In this document: positions 36,175 through 46,471 of the stretch, in pieces
How the letters are laid out: the number at the start of each line of letters is the position of its first letter
Position numbering within the stretch: the first letter of the stretch is position 1
DNA from: Chitinophaga pinensis
GTDB lineage: Bacteria; Bacteroidota; Bacteroidia; NS11-12g; UBA9320
NCBI GenBank assembly: GCA_945897885.1
Contig: CAMDGU010000007.1
Coordinates: 6,796 to 70,795, forward strand
Direction: 5' to 3'
DNA: 64,000 nucleotides
Translations under genes and position numbers: made by a program
Notes under the pieces: model-generated
What the model was told of the DNA's origin: nothing
Seen by the model: the letters and a program-made list of their open reading frames with translations, nothing else
The model's database searches: none

Positions 36175-36446
36175 GCAAAAAAGTAGCAGCCCAAGACGAC
36201 AGCTTTATGTTTAACAACTCCCCACAGCAGTTTAAGAAAAAATACTGCCGTTTTAAAAAGAGTGGAATTAAATATATTGACTACAAAAACGCTGATTTTT
36301 TAATGAAATTTGTTAACGATCAGGGGAAATTATTACCAAGAAGATTAACAGGTACTTCTTTGAAATACCAACGTAAAGTGGCTGAGGCAGTAAAACGTGC
36401 CCGTCATTTAGCTATTTTACCATTTATAGGCGATCAATTAAAATAA
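36171..36446 (+). CDS. rpsR: 30S ribosomal protein S18
   Basis: 91 aa. KYCRFKK...IDYKN...LLPRRLTG...KYQRKVAEAVKRARHLAILPF. Confidence 0.9.
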   Translation: MSKKVAAQDDSFMFNNSPQQFKKKYCRFKKSGIKYIDYKNADFLMKFVNDQGKLLPRRLTGTSLKYQRKVAEAVKRARHLAILPFIGDQLK

Positions 36447-36460
36447 GGAGAAACAGTATT

Positions 36461-36904
36461 ATGAAAATTATTTTAAAAGAAGACATAAAAAATTTGGGAC
36501 AAAAAGATGATGTAGTAGCTGTAAAAAACGGTTACGGTCGTAATTTCCTTATCCCAACTGGTAAAGCTAGCTTAGCTACTGAATCAGCCCTTAAAGTATT
36601 GGCCGAAAACATTAAGCAAAGCAAATACAAGCAAGAAAAAATTAAAATGATTGCTACTGAATATGCTGAGAAATTGGATGGTACTACTATCGATATTCTT
36701 ACAAAAGCAGGTTCAAACGGTAAGATTTTTGGTTCTGTAACAACTATCCAAATTGCTCAAGCCCTTAAAGACAAAGGATTTGAAGTAGACAGAAGAAAGA
36801 TTGTTGTTGATGATATTAAATTTTTAGGTGAATACACTGCTGTTGTAAACTTACACCGCGAAGTTTCAGTAAAAGTAAACTTGAACGTTATTCAAGAAGC
36901 TTAA
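36461..36904 (+). CDS. rplI: 50S ribosomal protein L9
   Basis: 147 aa. MKIILKEDIKNLG...GYGRNFLIP. Confidence 0.9.
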   Translation: MKIILKEDIKNLGQKDDVVAVKNGYGRNFLIPTGKASLATESALKVLAENIKQSKYKQEKIKMIATEYAEKLDGTTIDILTKAGSNGKIFGSVTTIQIAQALKDKGFEVDRRKIVVDDIKFLGEYTAVVNLHREVSVKVNLNVIQEA

Positions 36905-36930
36905 AAATTTCAAAAGACTTTATAATAAAA

Positions 36931-36960
36931 AAAACCGCTAAGTGATTAGCGGTTTTTTTT
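36931..36960 (+). terminator. intrinsic terminator after rplI
   Basis: accgctaa-gtga-ttagcggt followed by T8, with an A-run upstream (could work in both directions). Confidence 0.7.
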
Positions 36961-37042
36961 GTTGCAAAACACTTTAACATCTTAAAGTCATATAAAAAAT
37001 TAGTTTATTGTATCGTTTAAAATAACCTACGTTTGATCATTA

Positions 37043-37525
37043 ATGAAAAATATAATCAAATTTAATTTACTAGCCCTTATACTCCTAATCTTTAACTTAA
37101 AAAATGTTCAATCTCAATCTTTACCAGTTAAAATTGGCGAAATACAAGGCAATTACTTAATTATTACAAAAAATCTAACTGATATTAAAATTCAATGGGA
37201 AACATTTATGGCACTTGGCCAAGATAACGTTGATTTAGACACAACTACTTTTGAGATTCTTTATGACGTACTTGATACTACTTACTTGCTTTTAGGTTCT
37301 AATACAGCTAGAACTATTAAATGTACTGTACTTCTTAATCCACATTTAAATGGAGATTTGTACGAAATGGCTAATAACGATGGGGGGGCAACATCGGTAA
37401 CTTGTAAGGGATTTAGCAGTGGATGCAGCCCGCGAAGAAAGAAAAATGGTGACGGTTATTGCACTTGGTGTCTTGGGAATTGTGAAAAGACAGAAACCTT
37501 ATCCCAAAATCTAGTTTTTTTTTAA
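37043..37525 (+). CDS. hypothetical small secreted Cys-rich protein
   Basis: 160 aa. Signal peptide. C-terminal VTCKGFSSGCSPRRKKNGDGYCTWCLGNCEK cluster of six Cys. Confidence 0.4.
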   Translation: MKNIIKFNLLALILLIFNLKNVQSQSLPVKIGEIQGNYLIITKNLTDIKIQWETFMALGQDNVDLDTTTFEILYDVLDTTYLLLGSNTARTIKCTVLLNPHLNGDLYEMANNDGGATSVTCKGFSSGCSPRRKKNGDGYCTWCLGNCEKTETLSQNLVFF

Positions 37526-37568
37526 GTTAACTATTTGTATTTATAACTGATTTCAAATATTTAGAAAT

Positions 37569-38795
37569 TTATTCGTACCTCAAAGATTCAATAGGATCAA
37601 GTCGTGCAGCCTGACGGGCCGGCATAATACCGGCTAAAAGTCCTACAATGGTGCAAAGCACAATGGCTAAAGTAATCCAAGCCCAAGGAAAAACCATTGG
37701 CCCATCAATCATTGAGGATACAGCGTTACCAACTATCAATCCCAAAACAATTCCACCTAAACCACCCAATTGACAAATAACAATGGCTTCCATTAAAAAT
37801 TGACGAAGAATTTGGCTACGCTTAGCTCCCAATGCCTTACGAGTTCCAATCTCTCTCGTTCGTTCTTTTACGGACACCAACATAATATTCATTAACCCAA
37901 TGGCAGCGCCAAAAAGTGTAATAAAAGCAATGACATAAGCAGCCACACTCACAAATGAAAGACTGGAAATCAGTTTTGTAGATAGACCGTCGCTAGACTG
38001 AAAATCAAAATTGGTAGGCATTTTTGGAGTTAACCCCCTAATTCCTCTAAAAATTCCGGTAGCATAACTTTGAGCGGCATCCAACATGGTGTGGTCGGTA
38101 ACCTTTACACCAATGCTATAGCTGCTTCCCGGCTGATAAAACTTTTTGTTACCTGTGGTGTAAGGAACAATCATGATGCGATTAGATCCAAAATCGAAGG
38201 CCTGACCTTTTGATTTTAGAACCCCTATTACCAAGTATTTACTTCCTCCTGTTACTATAGTTTTATTTATAGAAGAGACTCCGTCAAAAAGTTTCTGATT
38301 TAGTTCCTCCCCTATTACCGCAACCTGAGATTCATTTTCAACATCAGCTTCAGTTATATAACGGCCTTCCGCTATTTCCTGCCCATTAATTATTAAATAG
38401 TTTTCATCAGCACCGGTAATGTTAACGTTAGGGTTACTTTTTTCATAGGCTGATTTTACAACAGCCCCCCACGAGTAACTAATATAGTTTGAAACTACCG
38501 CAGGAAATTTAAACCTTTCTTTAAATGCTTCACATTGCCTTAAATCAATGGTTTTGTATTCAGTGTTATCATCTTCACCAAAATCCACAAAAGCACTTCC
38601 ATTAATTATTGTAAATGTATTGGTCCCTAAAAGACTAAAATTTTGAGTGATAGAAGCTTTCATCCCATCAATAGCAGTAAGCATTCCTACCAAAGCCATA
38701 ATACCAATAGCAATAATTAGGCAGGTAAGTATGGCTCTACCAATATTTGCTTTTATTGCATCAATGGCAATCCTAATATCTTGAAGAAGTGTCAA
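37569..38795 (-). CDS. ABC transporter permease, FtsX/MacB-like
   Basis: 408 aa. N-terminal TM helix, large periplasmic domain, C-terminal three-TM FtsX domain (ERTREIGTRKALGA). Confidence 0.75.
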   Translation of the reverse strand: MTLLQDIRIAIDAIKANIGRAILTCLIIAIGIMALVGMLTAIDGMKASITQNFSLLGTNTFTIINGSAFVDFGEDDNTEYKTIDLRQCEAFKERFKFPAVVSNYISYSWGAVVKSAYEKSNPNVNITGADENYLIINGQEIAEGRYITEADVENESQVAVIGEELNQKLFDGVSSINKTIVTGGSKYLVIGVLKSKGQAFDFGSNRIMIVPYTTGNKKFYQPGSSYSIGVKVTDHTMLDAAQSYATGIFRGIRGLTPKMPTNFDFQSSDGLSTKLISSLSFVSVAAYVIAFITLFGAAIGLMNIMLVSVKERTREIGTRKALGAKRSQILRQFLMEAIVICQLGGLGGIVLGLIVGNAVSSMIDGPMVFPWAWITLAIVLCTIVGLLAGIMPARQAARLDPIESLRYE

Positions 38796-38897
38796 ACGGT
38801 TTGTTGGGATTATTGCACAAATGAAACGCTCATTTGGGCAAACAAAAAGGATTTTTTTGCAAATTAGATTTATAAGCCTTTAACTTCGATAAAGTTA

Positions 38898-39248
38898 TCA
38901 GGCAGAAAAAGAAGTTCCGCATCCACAGGTTTCTTTGGCATTTGGATTGGAGAAGGTAAAACCCCTTGCATTAAGACCATCCCCATAATCAACTTGCATT
39001 CCAATAACATACATGAGGTGCGATTTTTCCATAATTATTTTAGCTCCACCCACTTGGTAGTGATTATCACCCGGCTTAATATCATCAAAAGCTAAAAGGT
39101 ATGATAAACCGGAACATCCACCACCCTTTACCCCAATCCGTAAAGCCTGACCAGATTGAATATCGGTACTGTCTTTTAATCGTTTTATTTCTTCAATGGC
39201 TGCAGGGGTAATTTCTATCGGGCAATCGTTAAGTGTGTCAGGCGTCAT
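38898..39248 (-). CDS. iron-sulfur cluster insertion protein (HesB/IscA/ErpA family)
   Basis: GGGCSGLSY ... CGCGTSF Cys triad. The ORF track extends to 39281; MTPDTLND... is the likelier start. Confidence 0.8.
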   Translation of the reverse strand: MTPDTLNDCPIEITPAAIEEIKRLKDSTDIQSGQALRIGVKGGGCSGLSYLLAFDDIKPGDNHYQVGGAKIIMEKSHLMYVIGMQVDYGDGLNARGFTFSNPNAKETCGCGTSFSA

Positions 39249-39326
39249 AATCAACACAAAATTAATGCAAATTTTTTGCATAACAGTATAAGTTATTACT
39301 ACCTAAAATTACTACATTTGCCATCT

Positions 39327-39872
39327 ATGTTGTTTTTAGAAACCACTACATTTACCGTTATAGTTGATATCCTTAAATTTATTATCCCATCAATTATAGT
39401 TTTCTCTGCTACCTATATAATGATGCGTCAGTTTTTGGAAGAAGACTACAAAAAAAAGTTATTAGAATTAAAGGAAAAGAATGCCGGAACTATTACCCCT
39501 ATAAAACTTCAGGCATATGAAAGATTAACTATTTTATTAGAACGTATTGCTCCTGATAATTTGGTTATGATGCTTTCTCAACCAAGACAAACTGCCACTG
39601 AATTGCGTCTGCAAATAATTCATCAGGTAAGTGAAGAGTTTAACCACAATATTTCTCAACAAATTTATGTTTCGAGCCAGGCCTGGGAGTTAATTAAAAT
39701 AATTCGCGAACATGTATTAACTATCGTTGACGATTCCTACCATGCTTTGCCTGAAAATGCAAAAGGAACTGATTTAGGAAAAGCTATCCTAAATGAATTA
39801 ATGAATCAAAAAAATCACCCTACCCGTGGAGGTATTGAATTTTTAAAGAAAGAAATTGCTTTAGTTATGTAA
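39327..39872 (+). CDS. hypothetical protein
   Basis: One N-terminal TM helix then a helical soluble domain. Start uncertain between 39276 and 39327. Confidence 0.35.
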   Translation: MLFLETTTFTVIVDILKFIIPSIIVFSATYIMMRQFLEEDYKKKLLELKEKNAGTITPIKLQAYERLTILLERIAPDNLVMMLSQPRQTATELRLQIIHQVSEEFNHNISQQIYVSSQAWELIKIIREHVLTIVDDSYHALPENAKGTDLGKAILNELMNQKNHPTRGGIEFLKKEIALVM

Positions 39873-40240
39873 TTGTTAACTAAATATTATTTACTTTTTA
39901 ATTCCCAAGCGCTCAACTTTTCTAATTACCAACCTGTTTTCAACATTTACTTATTTTTTCTTTTATAAAAAATGCTGATTTAATTGCTAAAATTAGATTA
40001 ACCCACTACAGTATATATAGTACGTGTAGTATAATACATGTAAGCAAAAACAAAACTTGACTTAATTAGTGGACAACGTGTTGCAAACCCTTATTTTTCC
40101 ATGTTAAAAATTTGTTAAAAATCAAGTATAAATAAATTTTTTTATATGAATTTTTATTCAATCTTTACAAGATGTTAACAAAGGCAGTCTTTAAAAGCTA
40201 AACCTTTGAAATTTAATTAATTTACTACGATTAATACATT

Positions 40241-41674
40241 ATGTCAGATACCTATATTGAAGTTTGGAACAATTGTTTAAAAATTATTAAGGATAATATT
40301 CTTCCTCAAAGTTTTAAAACATGGTTCGACCCGATTAAACCACTTAAGTTGGAAAACAAAGTGCTTACTATACAAGTGCCAAGTCAGTTTTTTTATGAAT
40401 GGATAGAGGAGCATTACGTTAGTTTGCTCAAAAAGACCCTTGAAAAAGAATTAGGGCCGGGTTCAAAACTTGAATACAATATAATAATAGATAACAGCCA
40501 GTCATCGAATGGCAATCCATATACTATTAATGTTCCTACCAAAAATCAGCACAAGCATAAAAATGAAGTAGGTTTACCAATTAACTTAAACAACAATATT
40601 CGCAACCCATTTATAATTCCCGGGTTGAAGAAAATGAATATTGATTCACAACTTAATCCTGCCTATACATTCGAGAATTTTATTGAAGGTGATTGTAACC
40701 GATTGGCAAGAAGTGCCGGTTTTGCTGTTGCCAATAAGCCAGGTGGAACAGCCTTTAACCCATTAATGTTATTTGGTGGTGTAGGATTAGGAAAAACACA
40801 CTTAACTCATGCCATAGGTAATCATATCAAAGCCATTTATGAAAAGAAAACGGTTTTGTATGTTTCTTCTGAAAAATTTATAAACCAATATTATGATGCT
40901 TGTAAGAATGGCAATCACAATGATTTTGTAAGCTTTTACCAATTGGTAGATGTGCTTATCGTAGACGATGTTCAGTTTTTCTCCAAAAAAGAAAAAACAC
41001 AAGAAATTTTCTTCCAAATATTTAATCACCTTCACCAATCAGGAAAGCAATTAATATTAACAAGCGACCGTCCACCTAAAGATTTAAAGGATTTGGATGA
41101 ACGCTTATTATCCCGTTTTAAATGGGGGCTGTCTGCCGATTTGCAGGTACCTGATTTTGAAACCCGCATGGTTATTTTAGAAAACAAAATGTACCAAGAT
41201 GGAATTCGTCTTCCAAAAGAAGTGGTAGAATACGTTGCACACAATATCGACAGCAATGTTCGTGAACTCGAAGGTGCATTGATTAGTTTATTAGCTCAAG
41301 CTTCCTTAAATCGCAAGGAAATTGATATTGAACTAGCTAAAAAGATGATGAAGAATTTTGTTAAACATTCATCACGCGAAGTTTCTATTGATTACATCCA
41401 AAAATTAGTTACTGAATTTTATGGACTTTCTGTGGAACAACTTAAATCCAAAACGCGCAAACGTGAAATTGTTCAAGCTCGTCAAATATCAATGTACTAC
41501 GCAAAAAGTATGACCAAAGCTTCGTTAAAAAGTATTGGAACTTATTTTGGTGGTCGTGACCACTCTACAGTTATTCATGCCTGCCAAACGGTGAATGATT
41601 TGATGGATACCGACAAAAAGTTCAAAAATGACGTAGAGGAAATAGGCAAACGAATTAAAATTAACACCTTTTAA
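40241..41674 (+). CDS. dnaA: chromosomal replication initiator protein
   Basis: 477 aa. Walker A GGVGLGKTHL, AAA+ sensor motifs, C-terminal DNA-binding helix (QISMYYAKSMTKASLKSIGTYFGGRDHSTVIHA). Confidence 0.95.
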   Translation: MSDTYIEVWNNCLKIIKDNILPQSFKTWFDPIKPLKLENKVLTIQVPSQFFYEWIEEHYVSLLKKTLEKELGPGSKLEYNIIIDNSQSSNGNPYTINVPTKNQHKHKNEVGLPINLNNNIRNPFIIPGLKKMNIDSQLNPAYTFENFIEGDCNRLARSAGFAVANKPGGTAFNPLMLFGGVGLGKTHLTHAIGNHIKAIYEKKTVLYVSSEKFINQYYDACKNGNHNDFVSFYQLVDVLIVDDVQFFSKKEKTQEIFFQIFNHLHQSGKQLILTSDRPPKDLKDLDERLLSRFKWGLSADLQVPDFETRMVILENKMYQDGIRLPKEVVEYVAHNIDSNVRELEGALISLLAQASLNRKEIDIELAKKMMKNFVKHSSREVSIDYIQKLVTEFYGLSVEQLKSKTRKREIVQARQISMYYAKSMTKASLKSIGTYFGGRDHSTVIHACQTVNDLMDTDKKFKNDVEEIGKRIKINTF

Positions 41675-41680
41675 AAATAC

Positions 41681-41706
41681 AAACCCTGCTTCGGCAGGGT
41701 TTTTTG
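41681..41706 (+). terminator. intrinsic terminator after dnaA
   Basis: ccctgc-ttcg-gcaggg followed by TTTTTTG. Confidence 0.7.
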
Positions 41707-41774
41707 TTTCATATCAATTTTAATTTTAGTTGATACATTGAAAATTTGTATTAATAATTACATTTGTCACGCAG

Positions 41775-42266
41775 ATGACTAAAATTCACGATTACTTTCA
41801 GGCAGAACGAAACGAAAGCCTTATCTTCATGATAATTGGGACTGCTGCAATAGTTTGTGGGTTTTATTTCTTACTGGTAATTAATTCAAAATTTTTCAAC
41901 GGCTTAAGTTGGCCACTTATATTTATTGCTATCATACAATTATTTGTAGGCACAATTATTTACTTCAGAAGCCCTACAGATTTAAAAAGGGTAACCAACT
42001 TTGCTCAAAATAGCCCAAAGAATATTAGAAACCTTGAAATTCCAAGGATGGAAAAAGTAATGACTCAATTTAAGCTTTACCGTTACATTGAAATGGGACT
42101 TATTGTTTTAGGTTTAGTTCTTTTTTTAATTGCTTCACCAACCGGATTTTGGAAAGGGGTTGGGCTTGGAATTATAATTCAGGCCGGGCTTATGCTTATT
42201 GCAGATTCCTTTGCAGAAAATCGTGGGCAACACTACCTTAAATATTTAAAAGCCTCTTTTAATTAA
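41775..42266 (+). CDS. hypothetical four-TM membrane protein
   Basis: 163 aa, four hydrophobic helices. Confidence 0.4.
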   Translation: MTKIHDYFQAERNESLIFMIIGTAAIVCGFYFLLVINSKFFNGLSWPLIFIAIIQLFVGTIIYFRSPTDLKRVTNFAQNSPKNIRNLEIPRMEKVMTQFKLYRYIEMGLIVLGLVLFLIASPTGFWKGVGLGIIIQAGLMLIADSFAENRGQHYLKYLKASFN

Positions 42267-42341
42267 AAAACATCTTAAAAAGCGGTGATTTTTGTCACCT
42301 CATCCCCATCCATATCACTTTAATACTATTTTTGCCATCAA

Positions 42342-43673
42342 ATGGAAAAAATTGCAATTGTAGGCGGTGGCCTTTCGGGTTCTTTAATAGCAGTATACTT
42401 AGCCAAACGGGGTTTTGATGTTCATCTTTTTGAAAAAAGACCTGATATGCGAAAGAATAATATCTCTGCCGGTCGGTCTATCAATTTAGCTTTGAGTGAA
42501 CGAGGCATAAATGCTTTAAAAAAAGTAGGTATTGATAAGCAAGTATTGGCTACGGGAATAACAATGGCCGGAAGGATGATGCACACTAAATCGGGTGAAC
42601 TCAATTATCAACCTTATGGAAAAGAAGGACAAGCAATTTATTCAGTTTCGCGGGGGCTGTTGAATGTAAAATTGGTGGAACTAGCAGACGAATTTTCTAA
42701 CATTACTATCTATTTTAATTCAAACTGTGTAGATGCCAATTTAAAAGAAGGAATCGCCTATTTTGAAGACGAAAACGGAAACCGTTCTGAATTTAAAGCG
42801 GACAGAGTAATTGGTTCTGATGGGGCATTTTCGGCTATACGGTATGAAATGCAAACCAAAGGCAGATTTGACTATTCACAAACTTATTTGGAGCATGGTT
42901 ATAAAGAACTTTGCATACCATCAAACACCAAAGGTGAATTTCAATTAGAGAAAAACGCTTTACATATTTGGCCAAGAGAAAGTTTTATGTTGATTGCTTT
43001 GCCTAATTTAGACGGAACGTTTACCTTAACTTTATTCTTCCAACTTGATGGACCTTTAAGTTTTGATTCTATAAAAACACCAGCCGATTTAGATGCTTTT
43101 TTTGATACCTATTTCCCGGATGTAAAAACATTAATTCCAGAGTTGCACCATGATTTTTTCAATAATCCAACTGGACAACTTTGCACTGTTCGCTGTTTTC
43201 CTTGGACCAACGGTAAAATGGCTTTGATTGGGGATGCAGCTCATGCTATAGTTCCTTTTTACGGTCAAGGCATGAACTGTTCGTTTGAAGATTGTGTCGT
43301 ATTTGATGAAATGCTTGAAAAACATTATCCAAATTGGGAAAATATATTCAGCGAATATCAAAAATCACGTAAACCCAATGCGGATGCCATTGCCAATTTG
43401 GCTTTGCAAAACTTTGTGGAAATGCGTGATTTGGTTGGCGATAAAGATTTTCTTCATTTTAAACATGTAGAACATGACCTCACCAAACTTTATCCGGGGA
43501 TTTTTAGGTCTCAGTATGAATTAACAACCTTTACCAATGAACCTTATAAATATGCTTTGGAACAAGGAGCTAGAAACAGCGAAATGGTAAAGAAAATTAT
43601 CCGTCTGGGACTGGAAGATAAGTTGAACGACAAAGCAGTTATTCAGCCTCTGTTTGACGAATTTTTGCACTAA
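42342..43673 (+). CDS. kmo: kynurenine 3-monooxygenase (FAD-dependent)
   Basis: 443 aa. IAIVGGGLSGSLIAVYLAKRGFDVHLFEKR dinucleotide fold, GDAAHAIVPFYGQGMN FAD motif. Colinear with KMO. Confidence 0.7.
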   Translation: MEKIAIVGGGLSGSLIAVYLAKRGFDVHLFEKRPDMRKNNISAGRSINLALSERGINALKKVGIDKQVLATGITMAGRMMHTKSGELNYQPYGKEGQAIYSVSRGLLNVKLVELADEFSNITIYFNSNCVDANLKEGIAYFEDENGNRSEFKADRVIGSDGAFSAIRYEMQTKGRFDYSQTYLEHGYKELCIPSNTKGEFQLEKNALHIWPRESFMLIALPNLDGTFTLTLFFQLDGPLSFDSIKTPADLDAFFDTYFPDVKTLIPELHHDFFNNPTGQLCTVRCFPWTNGKMALIGDAAHAIVPFYGQGMNCSFEDCVVFDEMLEKHYPNWENIFSEYQKSRKPNADAIANLALQNFVEMRDLVGDKDFLHFKHVEHDLTKLYPGIFRSQYELTTFTNEPYKYALEQGARNSEMVKKIIRLGLEDKLNDKAVIQPLFDEFLH

Positions 43674-43679
43674 AACCAG

Positions 43680-44927
43680 TTGAGAAAAAAATTCCTTTCC
43701 GATTTTTTCTTTATTCAGGTTATCAACCTGCTTATAAAACCGGTTTGGATTTTGGTTATTGACCGAAAGGTTCAAAATTTACTACCCAACGAGGAATACG
43801 GAACTTATTTTAGTCTTACCGGTTACAGTTTGCTGTTTATGATTTTGCTGGATTTGGGTTTAACCAACTACAATAATCGTGAAGTAGCCATCGACAGAGG
43901 TTTTTATAAAACCAATTTTTGGTCAATAATTGGTGCTAAAACCATTCTTACCGTAGCTTTTTTCTGTATTGCCGCCATAGTAGGTTTTATGATAGGCTTT
44001 ACACCAACTGATTTTTTAATTTTTGGGTTGCTAGCCCTTAATCAAACGCTTTTATCTTTCAATACGTATTTGCGTTCCAATATTTCAGCAATTCACCAGT
44101 TTAAAATGGATGGAATACTGTCGGTAATTGACCGCCTGTTTGTTGTATTAAGTTTGGGAGCTATCATTTGGACCAATTTGTTTCCGCTTCAACTCACCAT
44201 TTATACGTTTATCTTGGCCCAAACCGTAGGATTATTTTTAACTTTTATCCTTTCATGGCTGGCTAATAACAAGTATTTAGGCCAAGCTGATTTTCATTTC
44301 GATAAAATAAAAATTTTAAACCTTTTAAAAAAATCATTGCCTTACGCCGGCATCATTGCCTTAATGACGGTATACACTCGATTAGATTCGGTGTTAATTT
44401 TAAAGCTATTACCCAACGGACGATTTTTAGCCGGAAACTATGCCATGAGTTACCGTTTGTTGGATGCAGGAGCAATTATCGGAATATTGTTGGCAGGACA
44501 ATTACTGCCCTTATTTGCAGCCAATTTGATCAATAAATCTAAACTTCGTTCCATAATAAAATGGACTTCGGTTATTGTGTTGGTTCCAGCAATTATAGCA
44601 TCGTTAGTTTGTTCAATAGAAGGTAATATTATCATGCAATGGCTTTATCCCGAGAAATATAAATATGCTGGTGGCTTGGTTTTTAGTATCCTGATTTGGT
44701 GCATACCGGGTATGGTTTTGGTAAATATTTTTGGAACATTATTAACAGCAGCCGGTGAAGTAAAACGAATTAATCAAATGGCTTTGGCAGCTTGTATTAT
44801 TAATATTGCAGGTAATTTAATATTAATTCAGTCCTTTGGTTTAAAAGGAGTTGCCATTACAGCCGTTATTACTCAGGTGTTTTTTGGAGTGATGTGCTTT
44901 TGGGGTGCACGATCACTTTACCGATAA
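43680..44927 (+). CDS. polysaccharide biosynthesis protein / Wzx-like flippase (MOP superfamily)
   Basis: 415 aa, ~12 TM helices. TTG start directly after the kmo stop. N-terminal NLLIKPVW...EEYGTYFSL pattern. Confidence 0.6.
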   Translation: MRKKFLSDFFFIQVINLLIKPVWILVIDRKVQNLLPNEEYGTYFSLTGYSLLFMILLDLGLTNYNNREVAIDRGFYKTNFWSIIGAKTILTVAFFCIAAIVGFMIGFTPTDFLIFGLLALNQTLLSFNTYLRSNISAIHQFKMDGILSVIDRLFVVLSLGAIIWTNLFPLQLTIYTFILAQTVGLFLTFILSWLANNKYLGQADFHFDKIKILNLLKKSLPYAGIIALMTVYTRLDSVLILKLLPNGRFLAGNYAMSYRLLDAGAIIGILLAGQLLPLFAANLINKSKLRSIIKWTSVIVLVPAIIASLVCSIEGNIIMQWLYPEKYKYAGGLVFSILIWCIPGMVLVNIFGTLLTAAGEVKRINQMALAACIINIAGNLILIQSFGLKGVAITAVITQVFFGVMCFWGARSLYR

Positions 44928-46376
44928 TTTTTCAATAAAATACGTTCCTCCAAAATACTTTACCGAATCAATTTCTGCATGTTTAAAGTTATTATAATCA
45001 TCAAAATCATGCGAGGTAATTGTTAAACTTTGTCTTCCAAAATGCTTACCATTATTAAAGCAATTTGTTAAAAGTTCAGTCTTTGCTAAATTTTTAATTA
45101 ATGTAATTTGAAGTGTGTCATTTATAAAGGGCCGAATCACTTTGCCGTTTGAAGCATTTACCCCAGTATAATAATCTAACATATTCTCTATTTTTTGAGG
45201 TTCATCTACAATCCATTTAGCGTTAGGGTATTTCTCCATTTTAGCCATCAACTGTTTGCTTCCATCCAAATCCAGAAAATGAGCTGGTGATAGCCCGAAA
45301 ACTATATTCCAAAATAAAAGCATTAATGAAATATAAAACACCGGTTTGGTTGGAATATGAAAATTTAATACCACCCAAAGCACTATTAATACTGGTAACA
45401 TCACCATAAACTCTGCATTACCAACGGAATAAAATGCAAAGCTAAACTGAAGTATAAAGGACCAAAAAATGGCTTTTGAAACCAAGCCAAATTCAGAAGC
45501 CTGCTTGGTTGAATATTTTAAGAGAGTTTTTATACTAACAAAACCAATTACAAGAAAAGCTATGGGCAAAATAAGGAGCAAAGGATTAGCCATCAAAAGG
45601 GGTTTCATATAGCCATGAACTTGAATAAAAGTTCTAATAAAACTAATCGGGGTCATTATAAAATTAGTTAAACTTATGCTTGTAGTTACTTGCCCGGCAT
45701 ACACATCATGCAATACAAATTTTATAATACCCGTTGCCGATTTTGAGGTAGTGTAAGCCAATATATAAACTGATATCACCAACACCCCACCACTTGCCAT
45801 AAAAACAAATGCCTTTTTTAAATTAAAATTCGCCAACAATGGAATGGCAAAACCCAAATACCAAAGTCCATGTATTTGATGAAACAATACCCCTAATCCA
45901 AACCATAATCCTGAAAAAATAAGGAAGCTATTTTTTTGAAGCTTTATATTTTTTATAAAACATAAAGTACCCAATAAGGAACAAAGCAGCGGCAAAATAT
46001 AGGTTTCATTTTCGGCTGCATAACGCATCATTCCAAAACAAGCGCCAACAAAAAGGACAAAATAATGCGTGCAGTTTATTTGAAGTTCCTTTAAAATTCT
46101 TTGAAAAATGAATAAGCTAATTCCTGCTGCCAAAGCATTTAATAGCTTCATTAAAACCAAAGGTTGGACAAATGACATTACTAAAAAAAACAGCCTTCCA
46201 AATGGAACATATAACAAGTGATGTGGCCAAACCATTTCATGACCCCACTTTAGGGCTGAGGCATAAGCATACCCATCAATCCCTGAATTGGCGGTTGGCA
46301 ATAGTAAATATAAAAGCATTAAACCTATCGGTATTAAGAAGTTAGATTTTAGCTTAGCCAATAAAAATTTAACCAT
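44913..46376 (-). CDS. hypothetical polytopic membrane protein (possible lipid-linked glycosyltransferase-like)
   Basis: 487 aa, about 11 TM helices, soluble C-terminal ~100 aa. Confidence 0.35.
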   Translation of the reverse strand: MVKFLLAKLKSNFLIPIGLMLLYLLLPTANSGIDGYAYASALKWGHEMVWPHHLLYVPFGRLFFLVMSFVQPLVLMKLLNALAAGISLFIFQRILKELQINCTHYFVLFVGACFGMMRYAAENETYILPLLCSLLGTLCFIKNIKLQKNSFLIFSGLWFGLGVLFHQIHGLWYLGFAIPLLANFNLKKAFVFMASGGVLVISVYILAYTTSKSATGIIKFVLHDVYAGQVTTSISLTNFIMTPISFIRTFIQVHGYMKPLLMANPLLLILPIAFLVIGFVSIKTLLKYSTKQASEFGLVSKAIFWSFILQFSFAFYSVGNAEFMVMLPVLIVLWVVLNFHIPTKPVFYISLMLLFWNIVFGLSPAHFLDLDGSKQLMAKMEKYPNAKWIVDEPQKIENMLDYYTGVNASNGKVIRPFINDTLQITLIKNLAKTELLTNCFNNGKHFGRQSLTITSHDFDDYNNFKHAEIDSVKYFGGTYFIEKLSVK

Positions 46377-46471
46377 TTATAATGCAAATGTAATTTTAAA
46401 CCTGAGAGCAAAATACACTATTCTATAAAGCCGTTAGTGTATTTTATATATATTCGCGAACTATTTACCCT

